Positions 22,236 through 34,077 of a DNA stretch of 64,000 nucleotides are shown one piece after another. The position numbers were made by a program, and so were the translations under genes. The notes under the pieces are model-generated. The model worked only from the letters and a program-made list of their open reading frames with translations. It had not been told where the DNA came from and searched no databases. Source of the DNA: Fistulifera solaris (lineage: Eukaryota); contig AP026150.1 in the NCBI GenBank assembly GCA_030295235.1, positions 434,001 through 498,000 on the forward strand. Direction: 5' to 3'. Positions within the stretch are counted from its first letter, which is position 1. The number at the start of each line of letters is the position of its first letter.

Positions 22236-24248
22236 ATGACTACTACATCAAGTACCGACTCCGAAGGTGGACTTCATAAACAATACGATGTAATACTATG
22301 TGGAACCGGCTTAATACAATCCATTGTAGCGTCCGCATTGGCTCGCGCGGGGAAAACGGTCTTGCATTGCGATGCGGCCGACTATTACGGACAACTCGAT
22401 GCCGTATGGACGTTTCCTTATTTACAGCAATTGTATTCCAAAGATGAGAATCAAAATCAAGCGGAAGGATCTATCACAACATCAACAACAACAACAACAA
22501 CAACAACAACATCAACAACATCAACTACCATTCCCGATACAGATGACACTACGTCGTGTCTTGTGCACTACTTGACCACGCAAACCGATCAAACATGTCT
22601 CACGTTTCATTCGATGCACACAAAAACAGACTTTCCTATTCTGCACATCGGAACGAAAGTAGTGACACCGTACGGAATGGGTTGTATTGAACAATTGCCA
22701 CAACCACCGCAACAACTCACTCTATCGATCGCATTGACAAATTGGACATTGACGAATGGTCGTCATCCTCGATTGTTTGTATCATCGCCCGCCGCACAAA
22801 TACAAACTCAAGCGCAAGTCGATGCGCAAACCATCTTACAACAACACAGTCGTTCCTTGGCCTTTGATATTACACCGGTCTTGGTTTACGCCGCCGGAAC
22901 GGCAGTTGATGCTTTGTTACAAAGTGGTGTCGCTGAATATTTGGAATGGAAAGCTTTGGAGGGATTGTTGTATCTCAATCCACAAACACAACGACTCGAT
23001 AAGGTCCCCTGCAATAAGAATGATATCTTTCTTAGTCCGACTTTGGGACCCATGGACAAGCGTCGTTTGATGAAATTCTTGCAATTGGCCATGGATTATT
23101 ATGGCATTGCGCAACAACCACAACCAGAGCACGAACACGAACAACATGAGTCGTCAGTTGTCACATCCTTGAACGAACGACATTTGAATCAAGGACGTTC
23201 GTTGGCGCGTCCACAGAACAAAGCGGTGCAAACAAGTGAATTGGAGGCACTGGAGCAATATATGGATATGCCCTTTTCAACGTATTTGGAAGAACAACAG
23301 AAATTGTCGCCGGCATTGATTTCGTTGGTTCGATTTGCTTTGGCGTTGGAACACGGAGATTCGTCAGTACGAGAAGGGATGCGTCAGTTGTGTCAACATA
23401 TGGGTTCTCTGGGTCGGTTCGGGACGACGGCTTTCTTGGTGCCTTTGTATGGGAGTGGAGAACTGGCACAAGCGTTTTGTCGGTCCGCGGCGGTCTACGG
23501 GGCGACGTACATGTTACGACGAACGCCGTTGGCGGTGCAAATACATGAAACGAATAGTCGAGTCAAAGGGCTTTGGTTGGCACCGATGGAAGAAGGAGCG
23601 TCACCCAAACTAATATCGTGTTCGCATGTGGTGGTTCCAGCGTCGGCCCTAAAATCTTCCGTCAAGAGCGAAAGCAAAGTTCTACGAAGAATCAGTGTTT
23701 TGCGAGGAAAGCTCATCACGGAGGGACAGCAAAGGCATGCTATTATCATCCCACCATCGACTCTGGGAAGTTCGTCGCCAATCTACGGACTATTACTGGA
23801 TGAAACGGTCAATATCGTGCCGCGGGTACCCAATGGATGCACGTTGGTACATTTGACGACCACCGTAGTTGGAGACGGCGATGCCAGCCTGCTAGAGAAG
23901 GCATTAGAAATGATTTTGGCTGATGCCAAGAATGATGTGGAAGAAATTTTTCAAACATGTTTCAGTTACGACCTTTATGAATCCGAGGGGCCTGATTCGT
24001 CTATAGAAGGTCTTCACCAAGTGCGTTGCGCTGCTCCCGGTCTTGAAGTCGATGCTGCGTTTGAAAAAGCAAAAGAAATCTTCAGCCGCATCTGTCCTAA
24101 CGATGAATTTTTAGTGATATCCAAACAACTGGAAACGGAAATCAAAGAGCGACTAGGTGACCATGCAGATGAGGACGATGACGAGAAACGCGTCTTGGAG
24201 AGCGCCATAGGTATACTTGCCGAAACCGAAAGTAAAGGGCACGAATAA
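22236..24248 (+). CDS. REP1: Rab escort protein (Rab GGTase component A, GDI/REP family)
   Basis: YDVILCGTGL..SIVASALARAGKTVLHCD..DYYG, VPCNKNDIF, DKRRLMKFL, SLGRFG..AFLVPLYGSGELAQAFCRSAAVYGA; long REP-type insert. Confidence 0.9.
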   Translation: MTTTSSTDSEGGLHKQYDVILCGTGLIQSIVASALARAGKTVLHCDAADYYGQLDAVWTFPYLQQLYSKDENQNQAEGSITTSTTTTTTTTTSTTSTTIPDTDDTTSCLVHYLTTQTDQTCLTFHSMHTKTDFPILHIGTKVVTPYGMGCIEQLPQPPQQLTLSIALTNWTLTNGRHPRLFVSSPAAQIQTQAQVDAQTILQQHSRSLAFDITPVLVYAAGTAVDALLQSGVAEYLEWKALEGLLYLNPQTQRLDKVPCNKNDIFLSPTLGPMDKRRLMKFLQLAMDYYGIAQQPQPEHEHEQHESSVVTSLNERHLNQGRSLARPQNKAVQTSELEALEQYMDMPFSTYLEEQQKLSPALISLVRFALALEHGDSSVREGMRQLCQHMGSLGRFGTTAFLVPLYGSGELAQAFCRSAAVYGATYMLRRTPLAVQIHETNSRVKGLWLAPMEEGASPKLISCSHVVVPASALKSSVKSESKVLRRISVLRGKLITEGQQRHAIIIPPSTLGSSSPIYGLLLDETVNIVPRVPNGCTLVHLTTTVVGDGDASLLEKALEMILADAKNDVEEIFQTCFSYDLYESEGPDSSIEGLHQVRCAAPGLEVDAAFEKAKEIFSRICPNDEFLVISKQLETEIKERLGDHADEDDDEKRVLESAIGILAETESKGHE

Positions 24249-25334
24249 CCTTGAGCCTTTGTTGCTGGTTCAGGAGAAATAGCATTTATCACGCCTCGAA
24301 ACGTTACCTGAATAGCGTATAGGCTACTATAAAAATGGCTCAGACTCCTCTTTTGTTCAAATTCGAACATTATATGTCATGATGAAGACAACTTAAGTTT
24401 TGAAAGCATAAGAGTCGGAAAATTTTGAGTTTAGTTGGAACGCAGTCGTGCATAAGTGATGTCTAATGTCTACAGTGTACTTGGGGTTTTAATTCATTAT
24501 ACAGAATTCGATCGATTCAATCGCAGAAGTATTCGACATCAAGAATCGAGGTATGAATTGCAAATGCTGCTGAAGGTAAACATATCACTGTAAGCTGGGC
24601 CACTTATGTAGCTGAACAAGCAAGCAGAACGTAGGAAGGAAAGGAGCTTTTATAGCAGGCTGGCAATGGGACGGACATGTTTTTATTCATGACTGGAATC
24701 GAGTCGTGGCAAAAGTGAGTCTACTCTTGGGACTTTAGTGCATAGTGCACAGAAGTCAAAAAGTTGCTGCGTTTCGCGTTATGCACGTGTTCCATGTTGA
24801 AAATTTTCCTTTCTCTAGCTGACTAGCTATCAAAGACATAGTTGGCTACTTTTGTCATACATTTTGAATAAGTGACATCGGGAATGCTCCCTTATCATTC
24901 AATGAACTTTACCTTTCGTTTTTTAACAGGACTGGATTTCAGTCACGCGACATGAGATATTTTTTGAAAATGCGGATCTATGCACGCCCGCCGAGCTTGT
25001 CGTGACGAATGACTTTCGGTTCGCTAAAAATTGACCGTTGGGAATGAGAGAAAGACACCCAAAAAGCAAGGCGAGTCGGAGAACGTCTTTGCTTTGAAGT
25101 TGTTTGTAACTCAATCAATCATCATCATCGAAAACGGGGAATGACGACCTGCTTATTGCCTTTGTAGTTTGATTTTCCCTGTTCTTTGTTTATCATCGTT
25201 TCACAAACTGCCTTTTTTCAATAAAATTGCGCCATAGTGTTTTGAAAGTTGTCACTAGATAACGTACGAAACGCAATCATTCTTACTTTTGAACGAATGA
25301 TTAGATATTCAACAATTCAATTACTCGATAAATC

Positions 25335-25652
25335 ATGCCATCCTTCAAACAGGTATCTTTTCCGCCTTACTCACTGGAAGAAGCACGTCAGGACTTCGGG
25401 CCTTGCGGAGCCATACTATACGCCCTTCAACGCTATGATCCAGCGGACATGGATGCTTACATGCTCTTCGGCCTAGAGGCTTGCTGGAAACAGCACAAAA
25501 CTTGCCACTCGGCCGCTCAATCACTCCATGTGTCACTTCTACAGCCAGTTTTCACGGCTGTTTCGCCAGACTTGTTGCCTTTGCATTTGAAAAAGGTACG
25601 CGAGGCTGTGCACGGTATCGATTGGGTGCAAGCAATCAAAAATCATCAGTGA
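25335..25652 (+). CDS. Possible small hypothetical protein (105 aa)
   Basis: ATG-initiated ORF of protein-like composition between AT-rich flanks; no recognised motif. Confidence 0.35.
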   Translation: MPSFKQVSFPPYSLEEARQDFGPCGAILYALQRYDPADMDAYMLFGLEACWKQHKTCHSAAQSLHVSLLQPVFTAVSPDLLPLHLKKVREAVHGIDWVQAIKNHQ

Positions 25653-26007
25653 AACTGAAGACTCTCGCAGAAATTAATCAAGATTGCACTTGTATGCCTC
25701 AGGATCTTACAATTACGGCACTTTATGACATTGTTTCATTGTAGTTGCATAATTAATATTTCATACATTCTCCACATTATCAACCTACACTTTAAGTAAA
25801 TTGTGAGTCTATAGGATATTAATGAAAGTCTATTGTGAATGGATAAGGGAAATAAAATTTCGGTATTTTCTTGTTCTCGAACTGCATCCCAGTGTGTGTA
25901 GTATGTATCTCATTTCGTTTCAGTGGAAATTCTATTGTCGTGTTGTATGTTTCATGTAACATATATCTCCCGAATGTTTTCCGCGCGCAACAATCAACGG
26001 CGCTTAG

Positions 26008-27328
26008 TTACGGCGAAGCACTGCGCTTCTTGAACTCGCCGTCAGCTTTTGACTTGCTCCCAGCCACCTTTTCGAGTCGACGAAGTGCCCGATTCTGAGC
26101 TCGACGCTCCAGTTCCCCCTTCACGCCTAACTTGGGCACCCATTTTCCTTCTTGAAAGTGAAAAAACTCGTGAAAGTTGGGATTCCAACGGCGAAACTGG
26201 CGCACAATTGAAGCTTTTTGCACCTTGCGTTTGGACTCGGAGCCAGGCGAGACAGGTAAGTGAGTGTGATCCGAGACTTCCGAGCCGTAGGTGTGCATCA
26301 ACTCTAACATGTCACTACCATGAAAAAGGATTTTAAACGTGAGGTACATCGCAGCAAACTTGGGAAGAGCCATCAAATGCAGACACTTACGCAACGGGAA
26401 TTTGCGAAATCTTTCCGACGGGAAGCTGACGCAGCTCATCCACTTGGGCTTGGAGGTCTTCGATCGCTTGCTGTAACGTTTCCACGAGTCGGTTTCGTTC
26501 CCCCAGTTCGTATCGAAGAAGCGCATTGTCTCGGGCAAGTTCGTCTAATACTTGTTGATGATTCGATACTGACGGCGTACTAGTCCAGGATGTTTGCCAA
26601 GGCCCAGTTCGAGCGGCACCAGGCTCGATCACAAAGGGAGGCGTGGTGGATCCGCTACTCGAGGATATTCTGCCGTGGCCATGCAATTCTGATCGTCCAT
26701 CAAAACGCGGTTGCAAAGGAGCTGCACCACGCTGTCGAATAACTGTGGTAGTTGTCGTCGTTACCGAAACTCTTGAGCCATCCGGCGACGTTGAGACGAC
26801 TAGCCGCTTGTTGGAAGAGTCGGATTCATCCGCACTTCGTTTGCGCGTGTTCCCGGTGCTCACTGGTGGTGCAAAGGCAGCATGGACTGCCTGCGGATGA
26901 CGACAAAAGGCGGATGAGCTAGAGGCCGGAAAGGTATTCTCTGGAAGTTCTTGACTCTTGTCCTCAAAACTATTCGATCTTTCGTTGTTGATCGGAAACA
27001 TCATAGAGCTCCACTTTTCCGCCCACGAGGAACTGGACTGTAGGGAAGAAACGAAAGGCGACGCAGTACGACCGTCTAAAGTATATCCTACTGAGAGCGA
27101 CGGCGAGGTTTCAGGAGAAGCGGAACCTACGGTATGACAGTGCTTAGGGGAGACGAGATCAGTCGACGGTGTTTGAGCAGCAATTTCGGTTGAAGGAGAA
27201 ACTCGAGCGGGGTTTTCCAGATCATTCTTCCAAGCGGCCGTCTGCGAAAGAAGCTCCAGATTGCTGGATGCTCGAGGGATTGATGATTCTGTTCTACTTG
27301 AACAACGACTTGGCTCTGTCATTACCAT
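26008..27328 (-). CDS. Hypothetical protein: Ser-rich N-terminus, leucine-zipper-like coil, basic/aromatic C-domain; intron 26315-26390
   Basis: GC|gtaagt...tag|T splice joins ...ISQIPVA to DMLELMHTYGSE...RQFRRWNPNFHEFF..WVPKLG in frame. Confidence 0.7.
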
Positions 27329-28013
27329 AGGTCATCCTGTTGCATGGCAACAAAAGTGTGTGCTCTTCGCTTGGCTTGAGAAGAAAACAAAATCGAATCA
27401 ATCGAGATGAAGGGAGAAGGGAGTGTGACCCTGCTCCTATTTTCATGTTCTATAGTCCAAGATACTATCGTCTAATCTGTGGAAGGAATCAGTAGACCCA
27501 TACCTGGTATCTACGAGGGAATGTGGATTTCTGGATACTCCGAATGTCGACGTCGTCGACCGCGGTGGGCCGCACGATACGGTAAATGGCTCGCCGACCG
27601 TTAATATGAAAACCCGAGATAGCCGTTTCCTAATTAGAGTTATTTAAAATGGAGCACCGGTATTCAAATGCATATGTGACCTTTTCCACCTCCGAAAAGT
27701 AGAGAATTTTAGACGTGCTGCTGGTTAGCTGCTGAAACACGAAACAGCTCTTGTCCCACTTGAGATAATGCTCGCCGAAACGACAGCTCGAGTTTTAGGG
27801 TCAACCTTGCTGGGCAGAGGACGCAGAGATCTCATTAGCTAATCAAACACAACCATAAAAGATAATCTTGTGTAGGATGCTGCATTCAACCCCTGACTTG
27901 TCGCAGTGTCTACAGATTTAAATAGGAAAGAGCTGCTCGCAATTTGGCGTCGTTCTAACTCTTTAAAAACTACGCCATGGCCCGTGCATGTGTTAAGAAT
28001 CATTAGCTATGCG

Positions 28014-29370
28014 TCAGTCATCATCAGCAGAGGTCCTTCTGATATTCTGCTTCTTCTTTTTAGCATGAAAGCCACTAGCCTTTTTTTTGAAACTCGACAG
28101 GCCTCCCGTTACTAATCTTTTTTGCAACTAGATCATGGACGCTGAGCGCGCTTCCTCTATTTCCATCCATGTCATTATGAATATTCACACCCTTGTATCC
28201 ATCTTTCTCTCCCCGGTTCCAGATATCATAGGCTCCCAGAGCCGAATCACCAGCCGATTGAACAGCTGCTTCCTCCATGCGTCTCTCTTCTTTCCTCTTT
28301 TCTTCACGAGCCTGTTCTACGGCCGCCAGTCGACGTTGTTCTCGAAGTCTCGCTCTTTCCTCTTGAAGTTCTTTGCGGGCTGTAGTACGTTTGATATGAA
28401 CAGTGGTCCACTGTGATAATCCCGTTGCCTCGTCGATTTCGGCCTTTTCTGACTCGGCAAAAACTTCCTCTCCATCATAGCCGGCTAGAATGCGCGCTTC
28501 CTCTACAGTATCTGGAATCCGTTCATCTTGATTCCCATCGAGAATGATTCTTATCCGCGTCAATGGGACCGACTTTTGTATCCTTTCTTCGGTATCTTCT
28601 GGCGAAGCCAAGAATGCAACATCCACAGCTTTGAGACTCACCAAATCATCTTCCTTTTTTCGCTGCAGTGCAACGATAAGTGCTGGTTTCCACAGGGAAG
28701 CATACGCTGGTAAACGTTGTTCTGCTGGGGTGGCTTGCGCCGATCCGTGCCACAATTGAATCGGCATCTCTTCTTCTAACAAATCGCCAAAGACGTGACC
28801 TTCCAAATAAGTAACTTCTTTGTCGTCTGCACTGATTTGTGTGTAATAACCTTCATTAGCGGCCAATTTGCGTTTTCTTTGAACTATTTGATCGTCATCT
28901 TCTTGATCTCCTTCCTTTGGTTTCGCCTTTTCCTCACTTCGTTGCTTCTTTCGAGCCTGCCATTCCTTCATTTCCAGTTTCGAATTTCCCTGCGATGGCG
29001 GCGGCTGTGTCGGAAGCGGTGGTGGCGGCGGAGGAGGTGCGAATGAAGTTGTGAAAGACGGAACAGCCACAGGAATGGGTGCAGGGTACAATGATGGTCC
29101 AGCAAAATGCGTCAAATCTTGAGCCAGTGACGACCGCGCCGCCGCTTCCATTTGTGCTAGCGAATTTTGCAGAGCTTTCGACTTGGCTTCTTCTTTTTGT
29201 TGGTTTTTTCGTTTCTCTTTCATCTGCTCTTCCACCTTCTCACGATGTTTCTTCCCATTCTCATGCAGCAATATGGATTGTCGATCGGAACCCATCCACA
29301 CATTGCAGAAGGCGCAATAATGGCGCTCATTGTTGCGCCATGGTTCCTTTCGTTTTCCAGTGCTTGACAT
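28014..29370 (-). CDS. U1/matrin-type zinc-finger splicing protein (WBP4/FBP21-like); frameshift at ~28085 near the C-terminus
   Basis: HYCAFCNVWM..DRQSILLHENGKKHRE zinc finger. The corrected tail KKASGFHAKKKKQNIRRTSADDD* ends at 28014. Confidence 0.75.
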
Positions 29371-29900
29371 TTGTAATATCTACATGCAATTAGGCAATGA
29401 ATGAATAGGTTTTCAATGCCGGTATTCATGTTGTGGACTACTCCGTAATACTTTGTAGTAACATTCAATGTTCAGCGCGACGATGGTGATTTTTGTTGTC
29501 GTTGGACTGAATCACGTTAGAGTTAGGTTTTTCTACCGCGTGCCGCATTACGCATTACCCTATTTTGAGAGTGCTGTTCGTAGTTAAGGTTAACGTTAAA
29601 GTAGCCGACTTGCAGTCCCGTCACTTTTCCATGATCTCAGACCCCTTTTTGTTCAAGTGATCTGCAGGTTGATACCAGACATCAGTGTATCTATTGGTAT
29701 TGTAGCTCGTAAAACCGTCGTTTGGTTGAGTTAGTTAAGGTATTTATTTCGATCCATGAACCTATTATCTATCGGTGCCGTTTTATCATACAAGGACACG
29801 TGCTACTATGGATCAATAAATCTCTCACTAGTCGGTTCTCTTACCTCATTAAAAATAATCTATATCTATCTGTGGCTTAAGTTCTATCGGCTTCTGCATT

Positions 29901-30918
29901 CTACATCTTCCGAGAATCACAAAGAAACGAAGCAGCCAACATCGATTGCAGACCGTAGACTTCTACATCGGCAACTTCAAATGATCCACCGGATACCAAT
30001 GGTGGATTTCCAAAAGTACGACAGTGTCCCGTTTGACCGCGAGTCAAGTGATCACACAGAATCCATCCAAAATCTCCACCGCCTCCCATACAAATCATTT
30101 GTCGATTCGTGTCACAAATTTGACAGTAATCATTGGATCCAGTCCACGAGAAGATCTGTAAAGGGGTTTCTGAAGGTGACCTTTCTATACGCGATTCCGT
30201 ATTGAGACCCGGAATAATTTCTTCTGGACACGACGCGAATAAAAACGATTGACCGGTTCCATAGTAGGCTCCTGGTTTAGTAATACGATCCGGCGCGGCT
30301 TGCCACGGTTGTGATGCGAAACCCCCCAAAACATGCCCTTCTACGGTTCGGATCACCAATATAGTATTTGTGAATGCGGAACATGAGTCGAGTAACTTGA
30401 TGAACGAATCTCCATCCCGACCAATGGCAAAACATCGATGCCACGGATTCATCTTCAAAGATTCGGGTAAACACGAATGAAGTTGCTGCATCATTGCGTC
30501 CGTCAAGATGCGTGGAGAGTGCAATAAATCTTCCAATGATTCGGGAACCACACTATGCATGAAATCATGATCCATGATATTTGAATCTTGTGAATTATCC
30601 TCCGAAGAATCATCGGTATCATCCGATGATTCTTCTTGCGTAGACACGGTCGTGGGGAGAGTCTCGTTTCTGGTCCCAGAATCTCGAGGTAGTAGTCTTT
30701 TGAGTCGGCGTGGTCGCTGCAGAAAATACGCCTCTTTCTTTGATTAGTATTATAGCATCATCATCAGCATCATCATCGAAAGATGAAACTCGATCGACGT
30801 TGTCCGCGGAAGTCAACCATACGGAAGCTTTCGACGGAGGAAGAAGACGTCGTATCCACGGCGGTGAACAGCAAGAATCATCATTGGGTTTCTTCGGCAA
30901 AGAATGCTTCGTCGACAT
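29901..30918 (-). CDS. TLDc-domain protein (OXR1-like); frameshift at ~30655
   Basis: RDGDSF..LL, ILVIRT..GHVLGGFA, YYGTGQSFLF, WTGSNDY, CRTFGNPPL, FEVADVEVYG. Confidence 0.88.
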
Positions 30919-31496
30919 GATAGAATGATGAAACCCGAACGCACGCTTTGTTAACGCTTGTAAAACTTTCCCTCCTCTTCGTTGAATGCCTATTTCCTCT
31001 TCGTCGGAACGCTTTTACTGACGACAATTCTTCACTCAGTTATTCCTCCGGTCGACAACTCCACTTTAATCTCGACATGCTGTTGTTCCTTTGTTGCTAT
31101 CTTTCGTCACCAGCAGTTGTCGAATGAACCAACGTCATTTTCTAGCAAAACAGGGGTGCAACGGCTCGTTTGGTTTTTCATTCTTGCGGGAGTTCTGGCT
31201 CGCCCCACTGTCCGTTGAAATTATGCACTACAGAACGATAGTCCGTTGTATATTCTTTGTGACATCGCTAGTTCGTGTGCTGAAATAATGTCATCCGACA
31301 AGGGATACGGGATTTAACATGTATGTCGTACGGTTATCTTCTCCAAGAACGTGCTTCGTACACGGCTTTGATTTTCTCCACCCTCGCATGCTTTCCGTCT
31401 TCTCACAATATACCTGGTATTTGCTTCGCTCCTTCAATCTAACCTTCCTCTCTTTACGGTCGTGTCGATTTCCCTTTTGTAACATACACACATAAG

Positions 31497-32462
31497 ATGC
31501 AAGACATTGAAGAAATACACCGCCTGGCGGTAGAACAAGGATCGACTACGTATATTGACCCGGACACGGGCTTTACGGTCTTTACCGAATTGGCCCATCG
31601 ACGGAGAGGTTTTTGTTGTGAAAATCAGTGTCGTCATTGCCCGTACGATCACGTGAATGTGCGAGGAAAAACGAAAACACGAAAAGTGGCACTGGTCGAA
31701 GAAGAAGACTCTACCAGAGGCAATCCACCACCCTCCAAAGGAGGACGACATGGTGGACGACTTACATCCAAGAATGTGCCGTACACACGTACGGGGGATG
31801 CCGGGACGAGTACTTTATTGACGGGAGAGCGCCGTCTTAAAACCGATCTTTCGTTTGAAGCGATGGGGACGGTCGATGAATTGTGTTCAGCGGTCGGTGT
31901 TGTGTATGCGGAATTGCAACCACAGCAAGATGCCCGGCTCGACGAATGGTTGTTGGAGATCATGTCACGGCTGTTTGATGTAGGCTCCCATTTGGCAAAA
32001 CCGCGGCGTGTTATTGATGAAGACGATGATGATGATGATAAGGAAGAAGAAGAGATTTTTGTCGCTGATGGTATCGGAGGTGGATTTCGTTCGGAACACA
32101 TTGATACATTGGAAGACTGGATCGATCTATTGACCGAAGAATTGCCCGAATTGACATCTTTTATATTACCAACGGGGACCAAAGCCGCGGCCTTCTGTCA
32201 TGTGGCTCGCACCGTGTGTCGACGCGCCGAACGATGCGTGGTACCGCTGGTGGAGGCCCGAGTGTGTGATCCTCGTGCGTTGCATTATTTAAACCGATTG
32301 TCCGATTTCTTGTTTGCGGCGGCGCGCTATGCCAATGTAAAGCTTGGAACGAAGCGAGAAGAAATTCTGTACCGCAAACCGAACCGTATCGCCCAACAAC
32401 GGCAGCGTGTGGTGGTGTCCACCCGGTCGAACACGACGAAAGACGAAAAGGACAACAGCTAG
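31497..32462 (+). CDS. MMAB: PduO/MMAB-type ATP:cob(I)alamin adenosyltransferase with N-terminal Cys-rich DUF5522-like domain
   Basis: YTRTGDAGTS, FEAMGTVDEL, LFDVGSHLA, FILPTG, HVARTVCRRAER, YLNRLSDFLFAAAR. N-terminus reads YIDPDTGFTVFT..H..RGFCCENQCRHCPY. Confidence 0.92.
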   Translation: MQDIEEIHRLAVEQGSTTYIDPDTGFTVFTELAHRRRGFCCENQCRHCPYDHVNVRGKTKTRKVALVEEEDSTRGNPPPSKGGRHGGRLTSKNVPYTRTGDAGTSTLLTGERRLKTDLSFEAMGTVDELCSAVGVVYAELQPQQDARLDEWLLEIMSRLFDVGSHLAKPRRVIDEDDDDDDKEEEEIFVADGIGGGFRSEHIDTLEDWIDLLTEELPELTSFILPTGTKAAAFCHVARTVCRRAERCVVPLVEARVCDPRALHYLNRLSDFLFAAARYANVKLGTKREEILYRKPNRIAQQRQRVVVSTRSNTTKDEKDNS

Positions 32463-32527
32463 CCATGTCTTGGTAATTCAAAACATTTGACTGTAAGACA
32501 GTATTAATTACCATTAACTTTCTGTTG

Positions 32528-33601
32528 TTACGATTGAAATATTGCAAAATTGGCTTCGAGTGTATTTTGAATGGTTTCAAAGCTCATAAAGATGATCCCT
32601 TGTCCTGGAACGACACGACCCAATCGCGGCACAACACCCGAATACAAGGCCGCCACTCCTTCGTTTTTCAGTATTTGCAGGAAACAATCGAGAGTATTTT
32701 TGTAACGACGCGCTTCGGTTCCTTGCATGCGTGTCTTGATGACATCAAACGGATTGTTGCCCAGTGTACTAAAGCACCCGGCCGACATTCCACCCAAGAG
32801 TCCCAACAAGGGTGTCATGGGCGTTGTTCCGTCATTTGTGACAATACGCTTGTATTCATTGAACCACATGAATCGCAGACCCTGATTCGACCCTTGTTTC
32901 AGTGCCGTTGCCGACGCCCCTTGATAAATCCCTTTCCATCCTTCCTTTCTCAATATTTCCTGCATCCCGGCCCGAAAGGGTTGATTCTTTTCAATGCATC
33001 GTGTTTTAATGGTTTCGACAGGTGTCACAATAATGAGAGCTTCGGCTACTCCGGCTCCCAATCCTGCGACAAAGTTCTTGGCCGGTGTCAAATTACCGTT
33101 CGTGTCACGCAACTGTTCTTTGATGATGGAATTCAAACCAAATCGAATGCCGGCTTTGGGGATCGAACCAATTAAACTGAAAAAATTATGATATGAGAAA
33201 ATACAGTCAACAAGAAGACAAGAAAGAAAGGAATCTGCAACGTACGTAGGTGCCAAACCGCGATACAGTGACAGAAAACCGGTTTCGCGAACTGTGTAAG
33301 CCAATCCTCCCATCATACTCGTATACGGAGGCTTACTACCGGCCATTTTTGACTGCAATTGCAATTGTGTCTGTCGGAAAAAGAAGAAGAAGAAGAAGAA
33401 GAAGAAGAAGAAGAAGAAAAAAAACACGACGATCAGAACATTTTTCGATTCGACCCAAACCAGTTTCAATCTATTTTCGTTCGTTATAAAAATTACCTTG
33501 ATAAACTCCATCGGCCAAACCGCCGTGGCTTCAATGCCACCAGCAATACATCCGGCTGCCAAAGCTGTGAAAGGATTCTTCTTTTTTTTCGTTCCTGACA
33601 T
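32528..33601 (-). CDS. Mitochondrial carrier, tricarboxylate/citrate transporter type; introns 33371-33496 and 33177-33245
   Basis: Three PX[DE]XX[KR] signatures (PMEFIK, PVETIK, PFDVIK). GSIPKAGIRF, KQGSNQGLRF and PRLGRV are typical of the CTP1/SLC25A1 group. Confidence 0.9.
   Translation of the reverse strand: MSGTKKKKNPFTALAAGCIAGGIEATAVWPMEFIKVIFITNENRLKLVWVESKNVLIVVFFFFFFFFFFFFFFFFRQTQLQLQSKMAGSKPPYTSMMGGLAYTVRETGFLSLYRGLAPTYVADSFLSCLLVDCIFSYHNFFSLIGSIPKAGIRFGLNSIIKEQLRDTNGNLTPAKNFVAGLGAGVAEALIIVTPVETIKTRCIEKNQPFRAGMQEILRKEGWKGIYQGASATALKQGSNQGLRFMWFNEYKRIVTNDGTTPMTPLLGLLGGMSAGCFSTLGNNPFDVIKTRMQGTEARRYKNTLDCFLQILKNEGVAALYSGVVPRLGRVVPGQGIIFMSFETIQNTLEANFAIFQS
33382..33418. repeat. (GAA)n/(TTC)n microsatellite forming the polypyrimidine tract of carrier intron 1
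   Basis: Direct reading, about 12 units. Confidence 0.9.
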
Positions 33602-34077
33602 GATGAACCGAGCATGTGGGCGCGTCGCGTTGCATTATTACGGAGTACGGAGTATTATTTTTTTTTCGCTGTCGCTTTTGCTTGCGCGAAATGCACGAAG
33701 CGCGAATCTTTGAAGCGTCCGTCTTGCGTCCGCGCACGGCGGATAAACGGGGAATATCATCATTAACAATGACGTCATCCCGTCACTCTACCTTATGTAC
33801 TTGTAACTTGAGAGAGGGGGCTACTCCTTGGGTAGGACTACCGGGTATGGTACCAGTACAAAGGGTTAGGGTTTGTACTTGTACCGGGCGACGACGATAG
33901 AAGCGTTGGACGAAGAAAGACGCGATAATAATATGATGAATTCGAAATTTTTCTACGGAGTACTCCGAGTATTTCTTTTTCTAATGAACGATATCATCAT
34001 TAACAATAAAACACATTCATTCGGTTGCTGCAGCACAAAATTTCCTCCTTGATTGTTTTAAAAGATAGATTTAAAAC

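Noticed and set aside
32525..33175. 216-aa plus-strand ORF
   Set aside because: Antisense to the mitochondrial carrier exon; no independent coding signal.
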